A stretch of 64,000 nucleotides of DNA from Minisyncoccota bacterium. GTDB taxonomy: Bacteria > Patescibacteriota > Minisyncoccia > Phycocordibacterales > Phycocordibacteraceae. Each line of letters begins with the position of its first letter. Position 1 is the first letter of the stretch. The notes beneath the pieces are model-generated. The model was not told where the DNA came from. It searched no databases and was given only the letters and a program-made list of their open reading frames with translations. The position numbers were made by a program, and so were the translations under genes. Location of the stretch: assembly GCA_039927695.1 (NCBI GenBank), contig JBDSUM010000017.1:1631-65630 (forward strand). The letters run 5' to 3'. Shown one piece after another: positions 8,888 through 19,345 of this stretch.

Positions 8888-9988
8888 TTACTGATTCATT
8901 GGCATCACGAGATAGAGAAGAGTGTTGTCCCCTACTCCACGAATAACGAGCGGGCGACCAATACCTGCAGATGAAAGTGTGAGGTTTTCAGTCGTGATGA
9001 GTGGAATTGGAGCTGAGAGATAACGATGATTGAAAGAAAGCTCAATAGACTCACCCGTAACCGATGCTGGTACACCCTCAGATGATTCTCCGATGTCGCT
9101 ATTACGTGCTGAGAATACGACACGCTTTTCTTCTCCAACAAATCCTATACGAACTTTCTGGAATGAGTCAGAGAACACTGATGTTCGCTTGAGTGCAGAT
9201 TCAAAATCTTTACGTAGGATGGTCGCCTCAGAAACAAAAGCTTTAGGAATTATCTGTGCGTAGTCAGGATAGGGGACGGTAACAAGGCGCGTAGTAACAA
9301 TGCCGTTTGGCCATGAAAACGCGCACTGATGTTCATCTACCAACACTTCTACATCAGTGTCGGGTAGTGTTTGAACGATATCGATAGCATTCTTTGCGGG
9401 TATAAGAATAGAAAATGGAGAAATAGTTCCGGCAAGTGACATTCTCTTCTCTGCAAGACGGAATGAGTCAGTTGCAACAGCCTTCACAACACCACCTTCA
9501 GCAGACAAAAGCACGCTACCAAGTTCAGGACGTACCGTTGATGGTGAAGCACATGGTGCGACAGCGAGTACCAATGTCTTAAGTGCACTACCAGGTAGGG
9601 TAAATTTAGACGCTGACGCCTCTGGGAATGGGAGTGTGGGGAAATCCTCGTATGAGAGTGTTTTAAGCTGACTGCGACCTGCTGGCGAGCTTATGACGAC
9701 CGTCTCACCACCGTGCTCAAGCGTAATAGTTCCTGTTCCTGAGAAAGATGAGGTGATTTCACGAAGAGTGGTTGCTGGGAGAGCTACAACACCAGGTTCT
9801 TTAATTGTTCCTGCTACTTTAAAATCAATCCCTGTTTCAAGATTTGTTGCACGTAGTTTAATTCCATCATCCCCTGCAACGATTGCAATACCTGCAAGAA
9901 CAGGAAGAGTTGCTGATCGTCTCTCAGCAAACCGTGCCACTCGCGCAACCGCCTCTGAGAATTCTTTTTTTTCTAAAGTTATGAGCAT
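8888..9988 (-). CDS. dnaN: DNA polymerase III subunit beta (sliding clamp)
   Basis: 366 aa with the three-domain clamp pattern. Sits immediately downstream of dnaA. Confidence 0.9.
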   Translation of the reverse strand: MLITLEKKEFSEAVARVARFAERRSATLPVLAGIAIVAGDDGIKLRATNLETGIDFKVAGTIKEPGVVALPATTLREITSSFSGTGTITLEHGGETVVISSPAGRSQLKTLSYEDFPTLPFPEASASKFTLPGSALKTLVLAVAPCASPSTVRPELGSVLLSAEGGVVKAVATDSFRLAEKRMSLAGTISPFSILIPAKNAIDIVQTLPDTDVEVLVDEHQCAFSWPNGIVTTRLVTVPYPDYAQIIPKAFVSEATILRKDFESALKRTSVFSDSFQKVRIGFVGEEKRVVFSARNSDIGESSEGVPASVTGESIELSFNHRYLSAPIPLITTENLTLSSAGIGRPLVIRGVGDNTLLYLVMPMNQ

Positions 9989-10227
9989 ACTCTTATTATT
10001 AGGGGTGTTGATACTGGGGAAAGAGGTATGTGACTAGTATATACGCTCTGTGTGGGTTGGACTACGGCTCGCTATCGTGGGTACTAGGTAGTGTTTGGTG
10101 GGGGATAACTTGAACCCTTTAAATTCGATGGGGATAACTACCTCCGATATTGCTAGTTTCTACCAGGCTTTCCCCATCGCTATCCCCTGTTTCCTACAGG
10201 ATGTCCCCACCATTATCCCTCTTGTGC
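9989..10227. other. candidate oriC segment (dnaA-dnaN spacer with DnaA-box-like repeats)
   Basis: Several GGGGATAAC / TTATCCC / GGGGATAGC motifs that resemble TTATCCACA DnaA boxes. Sits in the classical dnaA-dnaN spacer. Confidence 0.4.
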
Positions 10228-11574
10228 CTAGACTAAGAGCGTGCGTATATCTGAAATTTCCTTTGCGAGCTCCGCGTCCTCAGCAACTTCTCTTTTAACC
10301 TTTTCGCACGAGTGAATAACCGTAGTGTGGTCGCGACCGCCAAGCTTATTACCAATTGTTGGGTACGAAACACTAAAGTCTTCGCGCAGAATGTACATAA
10401 TTACCTGACGAGGACGCACCACCTCCCTTCTACGAGTCTTTTCATAGATACTTTCTTCCTCAATGCCATAGAACTCGGCCACTTTCGATACCACGTGCTT
10501 CACGGAGATGGTTTTTGTTGGTCGTGAGAAGGAGCGAAGCGATTGGCGTACTTCCGCAAGATCTGGTGGAGCACCCTTTACCTGTGTGTGGCAGACAATA
10601 CTATTTATGACCCCTTCAAGCTCACGAATAGAACCTGCTACTGATGAAGCAATGTATTCAACAGATTCATTTGCGAGCTCCACACCATTGGCAGCTAGCT
10701 TCTTTCGTACGATAGCAACACGAGACTCATTGTCGGGTTCCCCAATATCAACGGTCATACCACTTGCGAGGCGTCCACGGAGGCGATCAGCGATGTCAGG
10801 GATGGCAACAGGCGCGCGATCAGATGAGAACAGAATCTGCTTGTTGTTGTCGTACAGGTAATTAAACAAATGGAAGAGCTCTTCGCTAATCTTGTCCTTC
10901 TTCGAGAGGAACTGCACGTCGTCCATAATCAAAAGATCATACTGGCGATACTTTTCCTTGAATCGATTAGCCGTACCTGACTGGAGAGAGTCCGTGAAGT
11001 CAGTACCAAACTTTTCACTCGTTAAGTAAAAGACTTTGCGTGTTGGATGGAGCTTCTTGTACTGGTTTCCAATAGCTTGGATGAGGTGTGTCTTCCCTCT
11101 TCCGGTGTCCCCGTAAATAAATAAGGGGTTATAGGTGATTCCGGGGCGAGAGAGAGCTGCTTGGGCTGCATTAAAGGCTAATTCGTTGAATGAACCAACG
11201 ACAAACGAGTCAAAGGTATAGCGAGGATTTAGATTATCGCTCTTATTTATATAGAAATCATCGAGTGGAAGCTCAGGAGTTGGTACAGGACGGCGGTTCT
11301 CTTTTGGTTTGCGTGTCACGTCCTTCACGATCATGTATTCAATGTTGCGATAGTCATGGGAAACACCACGCAAGATCTTTAGGAGAAGCATATTGAACTT
11401 CTTTATATACCAGTCTTTGAAAAAGAGACTTGGAACGCCGATAAAAACGATTCCATCTTCTATCTTTACGATTGAACTTTCACGAAACCATGTATTGAAA
11501 TTAGCGGGAGAAATAGAAAGTTCTATCTGCGTGAGCACGTATTCCCAAAGTTCATGTGGATCAGAACGATTCAT
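10228..11574 (-). CDS. dnaA: chromosomal replication initiator DnaA
   Basis: Walker [11 protein letters not shown] and Walker [11 protein letters not shown]-terminal DnaA-box binding helix [12 protein letters not shown]. Confidence 0.95.
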   Translation of the reverse strand: MNRSDPHELWEYVLTQIELSISPANFNTWFRESSIVKIEDGIVFIGVPSLFFKDWYIKKFNMLLLKILRGVSHDYRNIEYMIVKDVTRKPKENRRPVPTPELPLDDFYINKSDNLNPRYTFDSFVVGSFNELAFNAAQAALSRPGITYNPLFIYGDTGRGKTHLIQAIGNQYKKLHPTRKVFYLTSEKFGTDFTDSLQSGTANRFKEKYRQYDLLIMDDVQFLSKKDKISEELFHLFNYLYDNNKQILFSSDRAPVAIPDIADRLRGRLASGMTVDIGEPDNESRVAIVRKKLAANGVELANESVEYIASSVAGSIRELEGVINSIVCHTQVKGAPPDLAEVRQSLRSFSRPTKTISVKHVVSKVAEFYGIEEESIYEKTRRREVVRPRQVIMYILREDFSVSYPTIGNKLGGRDHTTVIHSCEKVKREVAEDAELAKEISDIRTLLV

Positions 11575-11676
11575 AGTATGCCTAGTATACGTGTCTTTCC
11601 CAGAGTGGAAAGCTGGCGGCTAGAAGCCGCATTTGTTGCACTTCTCCAGTCAACCTGGTACTATCCTGTGGACAAC

Positions 11677-11838
11677 ATGCCTAAGCGAACTTACCAACCA
11701 AAGAAGCGAAAGCGAGCCCGAACTCACGGGTTCCGCGCTCGTTCAGCGACCCCTGGTGGTCGTCGTGTACTCCTCGCGCGTCGCCGTAAGGGTCGCACAA
11801 ACCTCTCCGTCTCTCCAACCAAGACGTTGAGCAAGTAA
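11677..11838 (+). CDS. rpmH: 50S ribosomal protein L34
   Basis: [22 protein letters not shown]. The ORF-track start at 11554 is too long; the true ATG is at 11677. Confidence 0.9.
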   Translation: MPKRTYQPKKRKRARTHGFRARSATPGGRRVLLARRRKGRTNLSVSPTKTLSK

Positions 11839-11850
11839 ATACGCCATTAT

Positions 11851-12180
11851 ATGCTGCCACGGCCCCTCAGGCTTACCAGGCAGGGTTTCTCTAATACTCG
11901 AGGCCTAAAACGCGTGCACAGCACGCATTTTTCGCTTTCATACGGGCACGTCGAGGTCGCAGGTCTTGGTGGCTCAGGAGTCATCGTCCCCAAGAAAGCC
12001 GTTAAGGGTTCTGTGGCTCGTCACTTGCTCAAGCGTCGCGTACGCGCCGTCCTACTTCCCTACAGCAACCCTTCACGCATCTTCATCGTTTCCGCACGGG
12101 CAAAAGCCGATACTCTTTCATATCAAGAACTCGAAGGTGAGCTTTCCGCGCTCATTGGGTCTATAATAAAGAACACCTAA
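11851..12180 (+). CDS. rnpA: ribonuclease P protein component
   Basis: 109-aa basic protein directly after rpmH. RLTRQGFSN motif. Confidence 0.85.
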   Translation: MLPRPLRLTRQGFSNTRGLKRVHSTHFSLSYGHVEVAGLGGSGVIVPKKAVKGSVARHLLKRRVRAVLLPYSNPSRIFIVSARAKADTLSYQELEGELSALIGSIIKNT

Positions 12181-12183
12181 GGC

Positions 12184-12930
12184 ATGATCTCTTCTCTTTT
12201 TCATTCGGTACTCTACGTTCCTATCTATAACCTCCTCATTTTCTTTACAGGAATAGTGCCTGGCGGAGATGTTGGTATTGCTGTCATTATCGTGACCGTT
12301 ATCGTGAAGATTATTACCGCGCCCCTTTCTATTAGCGCGGCAAAGACTCAGCGACGCATGAAGCACGTCGAGCCTCAGATGAAGGCAATCAAGGAAAAGT
12401 ATAAGGACGACAAGGCAAAGCAGGCCACGGAAACGATGGCACTCTATAAAAACAACAGCATTAAGCCGTTTTCGAGCATTTTCACCATGCTCCTTCAGCT
12501 CCCTGTCATTATCGCTCTCTACCTTGTCTTCCGTCGTGAACAGTTACTTCACGCGAATCTCGCTCTTGTATATACCTTTGTTCCGCTCCCAACGAACATC
12601 TCCCCCCTCTTCCTAGGGCTTTTTGCTACCACTGGACATAGCATCACACTCGCAGTAATAGCGGCTGCAACACAATTCCTCCAAGCACGCCTCACTATTC
12701 CCCTTCCCCCAAAGCCTGCTAAGGGAAGCACACCGTCTTCAGGCGAGGAGTTTGCACGAGCGCTTGCCCTGCAGTCACGTCTACTCCTCCCTATACTTAT
12801 CGGTGTCTTCGCTTATACCACTGGTGCAATCGCACTGTACTTCATCACAAGCAGTGTTGTAGCTCTTCTCCAAGAGTTCTACCTTCGCCGCACGACGCAT
12901 GTGCCTGCGACGGAGCCGATTGTTATCTAA
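12184..12930 (+). CDS. yidC: membrane protein insertase YidC (short type)
   Basis: Multi-TM 60 kDa-IMP-like core with KHVEPQMKAIKEKYKDD. Follows rnpA. Confidence 0.85.
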   Translation: MISSLFHSVLYVPIYNLLIFFTGIVPGGDVGIAVIIVTVIVKIITAPLSISAAKTQRRMKHVEPQMKAIKEKYKDDKAKQATETMALYKNNSIKPFSSIFTMLLQLPVIIALYLVFRREQLLHANLALVYTFVPLPTNISPLFLGLFATTGHSITLAVIAAATQFLQARLTIPLPPKPAKGSTPSSGEEFARALALQSRLLLPILIGVFAYTTGAIALYFITSSVVALLQEFYLRRTTHVPATEPIVI

Positions 12931-12944
12931 TATTCGCGACATAG

Positions 12945-12970
12945 AAAAAGCCCGCTCATGCGGGCTTTTT
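12945..12970. terminator. bidirectional rho-independent terminator
   Basis: AAAAAGCCCGCTCATGCGGGCTTTTT. Confidence 0.6.
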
Positions 12971-14194
12971 CTATAGGTCGTATGCGTACAGCGCACCGGT
13001 GTGCTTGTCAGTAAACATAAGAATGTCCTCCCCTGGATCTGTGGTGAGTGACACTGCATCTACCGATACTTTTCCTACTTGCGTAGGGTCAACAACAAGC
13101 GTCGCGAGACGTTGTGTCAGGTCTATCTTCCAGATGCGGTCAGTAAAGATAGTCGCACCTTGGTACCAATTATCAGGAAGGTTACCTTGCATTGCTGTTG
13201 GCACCGCACAATACGCCGAGAGGTTGTCAGTAGACCAAGTACACTTCTCTGCAAACGTTGCGAGTGGAAGAGCTGTGCTTGTACGATTCTTAACGTCCAT
13301 CACACGCAAATGTACGACACCGGCGTCTACATAACTGAAGAGTAGCGAAGTGCCTGACGGGCTAGGAAGCACCGAGAGTCCGGGAAACGGCCCAAGTATA
13401 CGGCTAAATCCGCCACTCGTACGATCAATCTGGAATGCGTAGCCATCAATAGATGATGATGGCTTGTTCGTCGCAAAGAAATTACCGTTAGTCGGGTGAA
13501 CTACGAGCGATGAAAGAAGGGTTGAGAACAACGTCTTGGCATTGGTACCATCGGCGTGTGCAATAGTGCCCACAGACCCTGTCGTCCCCGAGAGAAGGCT
13601 AAAGAATGAGCTCGAACCAACGACGAGTGCTTGGTTTAGATCTTGTTCCAATAAGTATCCCTCTCCACTGTGAGCGTCTAAGGAGTATGTATCAATGTGT
13701 TCGCCACCTGCGCTTGTAGAAAGGAATCGTGCATATGCACGAGAGCCATCTGAAAGCCATGAGACTTCTTGTACGCCCGGAAGTGTCTTGTTACTAATGC
13801 GTGTAAGAGTTCGAGCATGCGCGATATACGCGTATACGTTGCCACTCGCACGATCTATAAAGTGAACTTCAACGTCAGGTGTTGTGCTGCTGGTTGAAGC
13901 GGTAGCATCAGTTCCTGGAACCGGGAGCTGCACGTCTACAGCCACCGTACCGCGCGCTACAGGCCCGTCAGTGACTTTAATAAGTCGTGGAGCGAGCTCA
14001 GTACCTGCATTTGAAAGTGTGCCGTCGGTGTTTGGAAGATTTGAGCTTGGTGTTGCATTACCAGCGCCAGTATTATCAAACGGATTCCCCACCGTGAGTG
14101 TCGCAGCCCCTGGAGCAAAGAACATGTAGTACACGCCAACAATAATACCGAGTAGTACGATAATTCCCGCAATGATAATGAGTGTTCGTTTCAT
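12971..14194 (-). CDS. membrane-anchored secreted protein, last gene of T4SS-like operon
   Basis: N-terminal TM/signal anchor and repetitive beta-rich sequence. 4-nt gap to the upstream gene. Confidence 0.5.
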   Translation of the reverse strand: MKRTLIIIAGIIVLLGIIVGVYYMFFAPGAATLTVGNPFDNTGAGNATPSSNLPNTDGTLSNAGTELAPRLIKVTDGPVARGTVAVDVQLPVPGTDATASTSSTTPDVEVHFIDRASGNVYAYIAHARTLTRISNKTLPGVQEVSWLSDGSRAYARFLSTSAGGEHIDTYSLDAHSGEGYLLEQDLNQALVVGSSSFFSLLSGTTGSVGTIAHADGTNAKTLFSTLLSSLVVHPTNGNFFATNKPSSSIDGYAFQIDRTSGGFSRILGPFPGLSVLPSPSGTSLLFSYVDAGVVHLRVMDVKNRTSTALPLATFAEKCTWSTDNLSAYCAVPTAMQGNLPDNWYQGATIFTDRIWKIDLTQRLATLVVDPTQVGKVSVDAVSLTTDPGEDILMFTDKHTGALYAYDL

Positions 14195-14198
14195 GGTA

Positions 14199-15149
14199 TT
14201 AAGGTAAACATGTCATGAGGCCGTCGACACACGTTTGAGGCTTCCCATCGGCATCAAAGCAACTTTTAGGCTGACTAGTTGCTTTGAACTTAGCATAGCC
14301 ACCAGCTGTTTTGCAGGCTGGAACAAATTGATTCCACGCGTAGGCAGATACCGAGTCAGGAACATATGCTTTGTTTACAATATTTGCAACAGCATAAGAT
14401 TGAACTGAACAGTATGCCGTGTATTGATTACACCCCTTTGCGTCACAGGTACCCTTATTTGCAGGAGAACACGTGCTGGTACAGCCCTTGGTCGTAGCCT
14501 CCCCACCATCAGCTGGTATATTAGCTACGGGAGTGCTTTTAGCAGAAGCAGAACACTGGCCGATAAAAGTATTCATAGCTGCTTCAGTCGAGAAAGTGCC
14601 TTTTTTCAAAAGAGTTCCTGTAACAGTTATTGTTGGACCACTTTGCTCACCTTGCAGTGGAACGCCATTATCATCAGTACCAGCAGCGCTCACGTCTACT
14701 TTCTTTAGGTCAGCAGGTTTCAAGACGCTTACATCCAAATTCAGGTTTAATATCTTAGGGTTAATTATTCCAAAGACGATTGCTGGCGAGAGTACAAGTA
14801 CAAGTCCGATAATCGAGTTAGTGATTATTGATTTTGCATGTTCATTACCAGAAACACTCCCTTTATTAACCATAAATAAGAAACCAGCACGCATGATTTG
14901 AAGAACGGCAATTGTTGCAGCTGCTCCAATACAGATTTTGTACAATCCATTAAAGAATGCTGGCAGATTGGGTGAATTTCCCGCGTCAATTATTCCAGGT
15001 ATAGGGTTGAGTGGAATGAAGCCATCGGTAGGTGCGGCTGCAGCCGATGTAGTTGGATCTGCTGCGAATACGATGCACGGTGCAAGAATAACCGTGAGGA
15101 CAAGGAGGTGAGGAAGCAATGCGCGAATGATGGTAAGTGTCTTTTTCAT
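14199..15149 (-). CDS. VirB2/TrbC-like pilin candidate with Cys-rich C-terminal extension
   Basis: Signal peptide, then two hydrophobic helices separated by a short loop (VirB2 topology), then ~170 aa containing 10 Cys. Start taken at the second Met, MKKTLT. Confidence 0.4.
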   Translation of the reverse strand: MKKTLTIIRALLPHLLVLTVILAPCIVFAADPTTSAAAAPTDGFIPLNPIPGIIDAGNSPNLPAFFNGLYKICIGAAATIAVLQIMRAGFLFMVNKGSVSGNEHAKSIITNSIIGLVLVLSPAIVFGIINPKILNLNLDVSVLKPADLKKVDVSAAGTDDNGVPLQGEQSGPTITVTGTLLKKGTFSTEAAMNTFIGQCSASAKSTPVANIPADGGEATTKGCTSTCSPANKGTCDAKGCNQYTAYCSVQSYAVANIVNKAYVPDSVSAYAWNQFVPACKTAGGYAKFKATSQPKSCFDADGKPQTCVDGLMTCLP

Positions 15150-15150
15150 A

Positions 15151-16143
15151 TTAGAAGCCAAATATATTCTTTGCTGCAGCACCGAACGTTACTGAAAGTT
15201 GTGCTGCACCCGACTGTAAAGGTGAACTAGATTCCGCGGCTACACCCAGCAGAGCGGTCCCTTTTCCATTTCCAGATGGTCGCACTGTAATATCTTTACC
15301 AGTTTGACTCGCAGTTCCATTGACTGACCAAGAAAGACTTGGGAGGGATGAGAAGTAATATGGCACGACGCGGTAGGTTTCTTCACTACCAGACATAGTG
15401 ATCGAGCTTGGCAACGCATTTTCGTAACGTGGCCCTAGCAATGGATCATTTTCATAGATTTTAACTATCGGATCAGTTGGGGAGATATTTACCGATGCAG
15501 AACCAACAACACTACTGTCCTGGCTTGAGACGATTACACTAATTACACTGTCACGGTAACGGACAGAGGCGGCTGCAGAAAGAATAGATTTCCCTATACC
15601 TGAAGCTCCCTGAAGGACTTGATCATCGTTTTTCCATGTATATACGAGACTCGATGCCGGAATAGACTTGCCGGAACTGTTGCGCAAATCAGGAATGGCA
15701 ATCAATCGGACACGACCTTCACTACCAATGAGTGAAGCTCCTTCGTAGAAAGGGTGAGTTGTTGAGATTGGCTCAACGACGAGTGCGACATCCGCTGGAC
15801 GAATACTCATTTTCTGGGTATATGTCTGTCCGTTATTTACGACCGTAAGTACAATATTGGTAACGATTCCAGGCCCACCGACAGCGATGCTTGCGCTCTC
15901 AGCTCCACTTCCCTTTTGTACCACTCTGCCATTTACAGAGAATGTAACGGTACTTGCAGAAAGGTCGATGAGATCACTATGCGGCGTAACGGTAACGATC
16001 TGGTATGGTCGTGGATAGTCAGGATTTATGGTAATTGAAAGAGGGTCGACGTTTCCAAACTGAGATTGCGCGTGCACGATAACTCCGCCAAAAGCTCCAA
16101 GACCGAGTAGAAGGAATAATACTAGGGATAGGCGGCGCTTCAT
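15151..16143 (-). CDS. secreted hypothetical protein
   Basis: Signal peptide ending AFGGVIVHA, cleaved before Q. 1-nt gap to the downstream start. Confidence 0.5.
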   Translation of the reverse strand: MKRRLSLVLFLLLGLGAFGGVIVHAQSQFGNVDPLSITINPDYPRPYQIVTVTPHSDLIDLSASTVTFSVNGRVVQKGSGAESASIAVGGPGIVTNIVLTVVNNGQTYTQKMSIRPADVALVVEPISTTHPFYEGASLIGSEGRVRLIAIPDLRNSSGKSIPASSLVYTWKNDDQVLQGASGIGKSILSAAASVRYRDSVISVIVSSQDSSVVGSASVNISPTDPIVKIYENDPLLGPRYENALPSSITMSGSEETYRVVPYYFSSLPSLSWSVNGTASQTGKDITVRPSGNGKGTALLGVAAESSSPLQSGAAQLSVTFGAAAKNIFGF

Positions 16144-16216
16144 CGTGTCTACAGTATACCTTGCACCGCACGCTCAACTGAAGCTATTAACTCCTTAATG
16201 TTGATGAAAAGTAAGA

Positions 16217-17497
16217 CTAAACACTTTCTGCCTTTAACGCCTGGGAAGCAAGTTTTCGAGTGAGCTCCTCATCTCCCTGCGCATAGGCACGAGCTTTCTC
16301 GGGGTAATATTTGATAAGTTCGTCACGGAATTCGTGATGATAATGTGGGTCTCGTTCGTCACGTCCTCTACCATCGTAGCGATGATCAAGAAAAAACTTC
16401 TTATAGACTGGGTCGTCCTTCATATGCTGATAGATACGAGTCTTTTCCTGTGCTGCGTAAGCAGCAACTCTTTTAGGATCTCTTCGTTCAAATTCACGTT
16501 CAACTTCAACCCCAATTTGTTCAGGAATTTTATCAGGTCGTTTTCTACGGTAATATTGATTTAGTTCTTTAAATAGTGGGTCATTTTCCACACCATTCAC
16601 CACAGGACCATACTGCTTAAGATTTTCTTGATACTTACGCTCTATTTCTTCAGTTTCTCGCTGATGTTTTCTCTGAGCTTCTTCTTTATCTCGTCGATAC
16701 TCCTCATTCTTCTTTATGCGAGCACTCTCTTGGGCTGCTTTTCTTTCCTCAGCAATCTTTGTCTCCCGTGCAGTTCTTTCTAATTCACGTTCTCGGTCCT
16801 CTACCTTCAGTGTTTCTGCATTGTGTTGGACTGCAAGGATCTCAGATTCTGCTCTCGGTTCAGTTGCAGGTTTAATCCTTACGGGCCCAGTAGGTGGTGT
16901 TTGTCGTGACAGACTTTGCGGAGCCTCTGCCGGTTTCGTGGCTTGGATATCATGAGCTCTCGATCGACCTCTTAGTGGATTGGGGCTGGCATTCCCTGCT
17001 CCCGATTGACTACGCATACCAACGAGGGTTTGCCCGTTGCGCTGACCCGTAATACGTTCGACAGAACGACCGGAATTTCCGGATGGTTGTTGTTGTGGAT
17101 TGAGCCGTACTGTTTTCGATTGCTGTCTCTTTGGAGTGACTACTGCACTCTTTTGCCTATCTTCTGAACGTGTCGCAAAGATAACCGTGACAACTCCCAT
17201 AGTAATGCCAGGAAGCGCATCAACGATAGGTACGAGCTCAACTACGAGGGTGGTGAGCATGGACGTTACCTTTACCATTGCTTTTTTGCCGCCAAAGTAA
17301 TTAACGCGCATCATTAAGAACCAGATGCCGAACGTTGGAGCTGCAATAAACGTTATGAGATCTGAAGCGAGCACCAACACACCGGTAAAAGCTAATAGAA
17401 CCTGAACGCAATCGAGCACAATTGCCGTCATTATCATAAAACCTCCCGAAATTAGACCAATTCGGTACTCGATTTTTGGCGTAGTTTCCTGTGCCAT
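16217..17497 (-). CDS. polytopic membrane protein with long K/R/E-rich coiled-coil tail
   Basis: About 4 TM helices in the first 110 aa, then a highly charged helical region. Confidence 0.5.
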   Translation of the reverse strand: MAQETTPKIEYRIGLISGGFMIMTAIVLDCVQVLLAFTGVLVLASDLITFIAAPTFGIWFLMMRVNYFGGKKAMVKVTSMLTTLVVELVPIVDALPGITMGVVTVIFATRSEDRQKSAVVTPKRQQSKTVRLNPQQQPSGNSGRSVERITGQRNGQTLVGMRSQSGAGNASPNPLRGRSRAHDIQATKPAEAPQSLSRQTPPTGPVRIKPATEPRAESEILAVQHNAETLKVEDRERELERTARETKIAEERKAAQESARIKKNEEYRRDKEEAQRKHQRETEEIERKYQENLKQYGPVVNGVENDPLFKELNQYYRRKRPDKIPEQIGVEVEREFERRDPKRVAAYAAQEKTRIYQHMKDDPVYKKFFLDHRYDGRGRDERDPHYHHEFRDELIKYYPEKARAYAQGDEELTRKLASQALKAESV

Positions 17498-17506
17498 ATC
17501 TGCGCG

Positions 17507-19342
17507 TTAACTTGTTGAAGAAACTCCACCCTCTTCCTCCTGACGTTGCTTTTCGCGCTTTATAGCCAAAAGTTGGGAAGGGTCTGAAGTAATTATTTGA
17601 TCTTCGGTGTAGGACGCTACTATCTTAATAGCTACGTGCTTTAGACCAGCGAAGAACAAGCCTTCCCCCACTCCTGATTCGAGCAAGAGGAATTTCTCTT
17701 CGTCAGTGAGATTGAAAGTTTCTTTTAGGATATCGATCGTTGTCGGTGATTGCTTGAGGAGAAGCTGAATGGACGAGTTTGTAAGAATCGGGCGGCCATA
17801 CGGGCTGCGAAGGAAGTCTTCAACGTCCTGTGTGATAGTTGCAACCCCAAGGAAGTATTTACGACCACGCTTAGCGAGTGAGTACAAGAATGAAGCGGTG
17901 TCGTCTGATTTCATCATCCACCACGCTTCGTCGATTATGAGTAATCGCTTCTTAAGCTCTGCACGAACAGCATTCCAAATGAAGTGCGTCACAATATACA
18001 TGGCGACAGGTTTAAGCTCGTCTTCCATGTCACGCACAGAAAACACAATGAATTGCTTCTTAATATCAACGTTTGTAGGGCGATTTAAGAATCCAGACCA
18101 CGTACCTTTAGTGTATTTTGTAAGACGAATGACGAGTGACTCAGAACCTTCCATACCGGAAAGCACATTCTCAAAATCCGAAAGGAGTGGCGGCTCCATG
18201 CCGTTGAAGTTTGCATCGCCCGTAATATCCTTTAATGCATAGGTTTCAGAGACGGCACGATCGATGATTGCGTCTTCTTCTGGAGAAAGTCCTCCAAGCA
18301 TGATGCGGAACAATCCAACAAGATTGATGATGTTTGAACGCAAGATATCAGCTGGCTCCTCATCTTCCTTAACCATTGGAAGGTCGAATGGATTAATGTG
18401 GTGCTCGCTTGAAAGAGAAATATTGAAAAGCCGCCCGCCTGTTGCTTCGGCGAGGTATTCATATTCGCGCTCAGGATCGATGACGATAACGTCTGTATCA
18501 AACATGAGTGAACGAAGAATCTCAAGCTTCACAGCATATGACTTACCTGAACCAGACTTAGCGAACACTACGGAGTTGTAGTTCTCAAGAGAGAAGCGAT
18601 CGAAAAGAATGAGTGACGCGTTGTGTCGATTGATTCCATACAAGATTCCACGGTCACTTGAAAGGTCAAATGATACGAATGGGAAAATACTTGAGAGCGG
18701 AGAAGAGTTCATCTTTGAATGAACATTCAATTCATCAGAAGCGATTGGGAGAGTAGAGCGGAAACCCTGTTCCTGTTCGAAGAGTGCGGGCTTTGTATAT
18801 ACGAGCTTTGAGTCCAGAATTCCACGCACGTCTCCCTCAACCTTATCGAGTTCTTCTTTAGAGGACGCGTAGAGGGTAAGGTAAAGACCAACGTCAAAAA
18901 GTCGTTCCTGTGCTTGCTGGAGATTGTCACGAAGTGTTTCAAGGTCCTGGTACGCAGTGTCGAGCATCGGATCGCGCACAAGCCCTTTTGCTTCCCTATC
19001 GGCGATCTGACTTTGTACTTCCGCAACTTTCTTCTGGAAATTGCGCAATGCCTGCGCTGTTTCCATAGGATGAATGAAGATAGACACATCCAACACTTTG
19101 TCGAGGTTTACGATTGGCGTGAACCAACTGTCTGTAAGGAATCGAGGATATGAAATGGTGTAGAACGTACGTGAGACTTTCTCACCGAGCTCTATTTCTC
19201 GGGAGCCTACCTTCATCGCCGCAGGCGCTATGGTGTCAGCGAGCTCTAGCGTACCAGCTGCATATATATCTTTAGGAAGAACCGGAGCGACCCTCGGTTC
19301 GTCATCTTTGTCTCCTCGTCCTAGAAAATCAAGTAAAGCCAT
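17507..19342 (-). CDS. virB4: type IV secretion VirB4/TrbE/PrgJ family ATPase (ATPase portion)
   Basis: Walker A AKSGSGKSY, Walker B region LLIIDEAWWM. Typical VirB4 length and motifs. Confidence 0.85.
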   Translation of the reverse strand: MALLDFLGRGDKDDEPRVAPVLPKDIYAAGTLELADTIAPAAMKVGSREIELGEKVSRTFYTISYPRFLTDSWFTPIVNLDKVLDVSIFIHPMETAQALRNFQKKVAEVQSQIADREAKGLVRDPMLDTAYQDLETLRDNLQQAQERLFDVGLYLTLYASSKEELDKVEGDVRGILDSKLVYTKPALFEQEQGFRSTLPIASDELNVHSKMNSSPLSSIFPFVSFDLSSDRGILYGINRHNASLILFDRFSLENYNSVVFAKSGSGKSYAVKLEILRSLMFDTDVIVIDPEREYEYLAEATGGRLFNISLSSEHHINPFDLPMVKEDEEPADILRSNIINLVGLFRIMLGGLSPEEDAIIDRAVSETYALKDITGDANFNGMEPPLLSDFENVLSGMEGSESLVIRLTKYTKGTWSGFLNRPTNVDIKKQFIVFSVRDMEDELKPVAMYIVTHFIWNAVRAELKKRLLIIDEAWWMMKSDDTASFLYSLAKRGRKYFLGVATITQDVEDFLRSPYGRPILTNSSIQLLLKQSPTTIDILKETFNLTDEEKFLLLESGVGEGLFFAGLKHVAIKIVASYTEDQIITSDPSQLLAIKREKQRQEEEGGVSSTS

Positions 19343-19345
19343 AGG

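Noticed and set aside
10312-10861. Plus-strand ORFs of 71 and 117 aa
   Set aside because: Antisense within dnaA.
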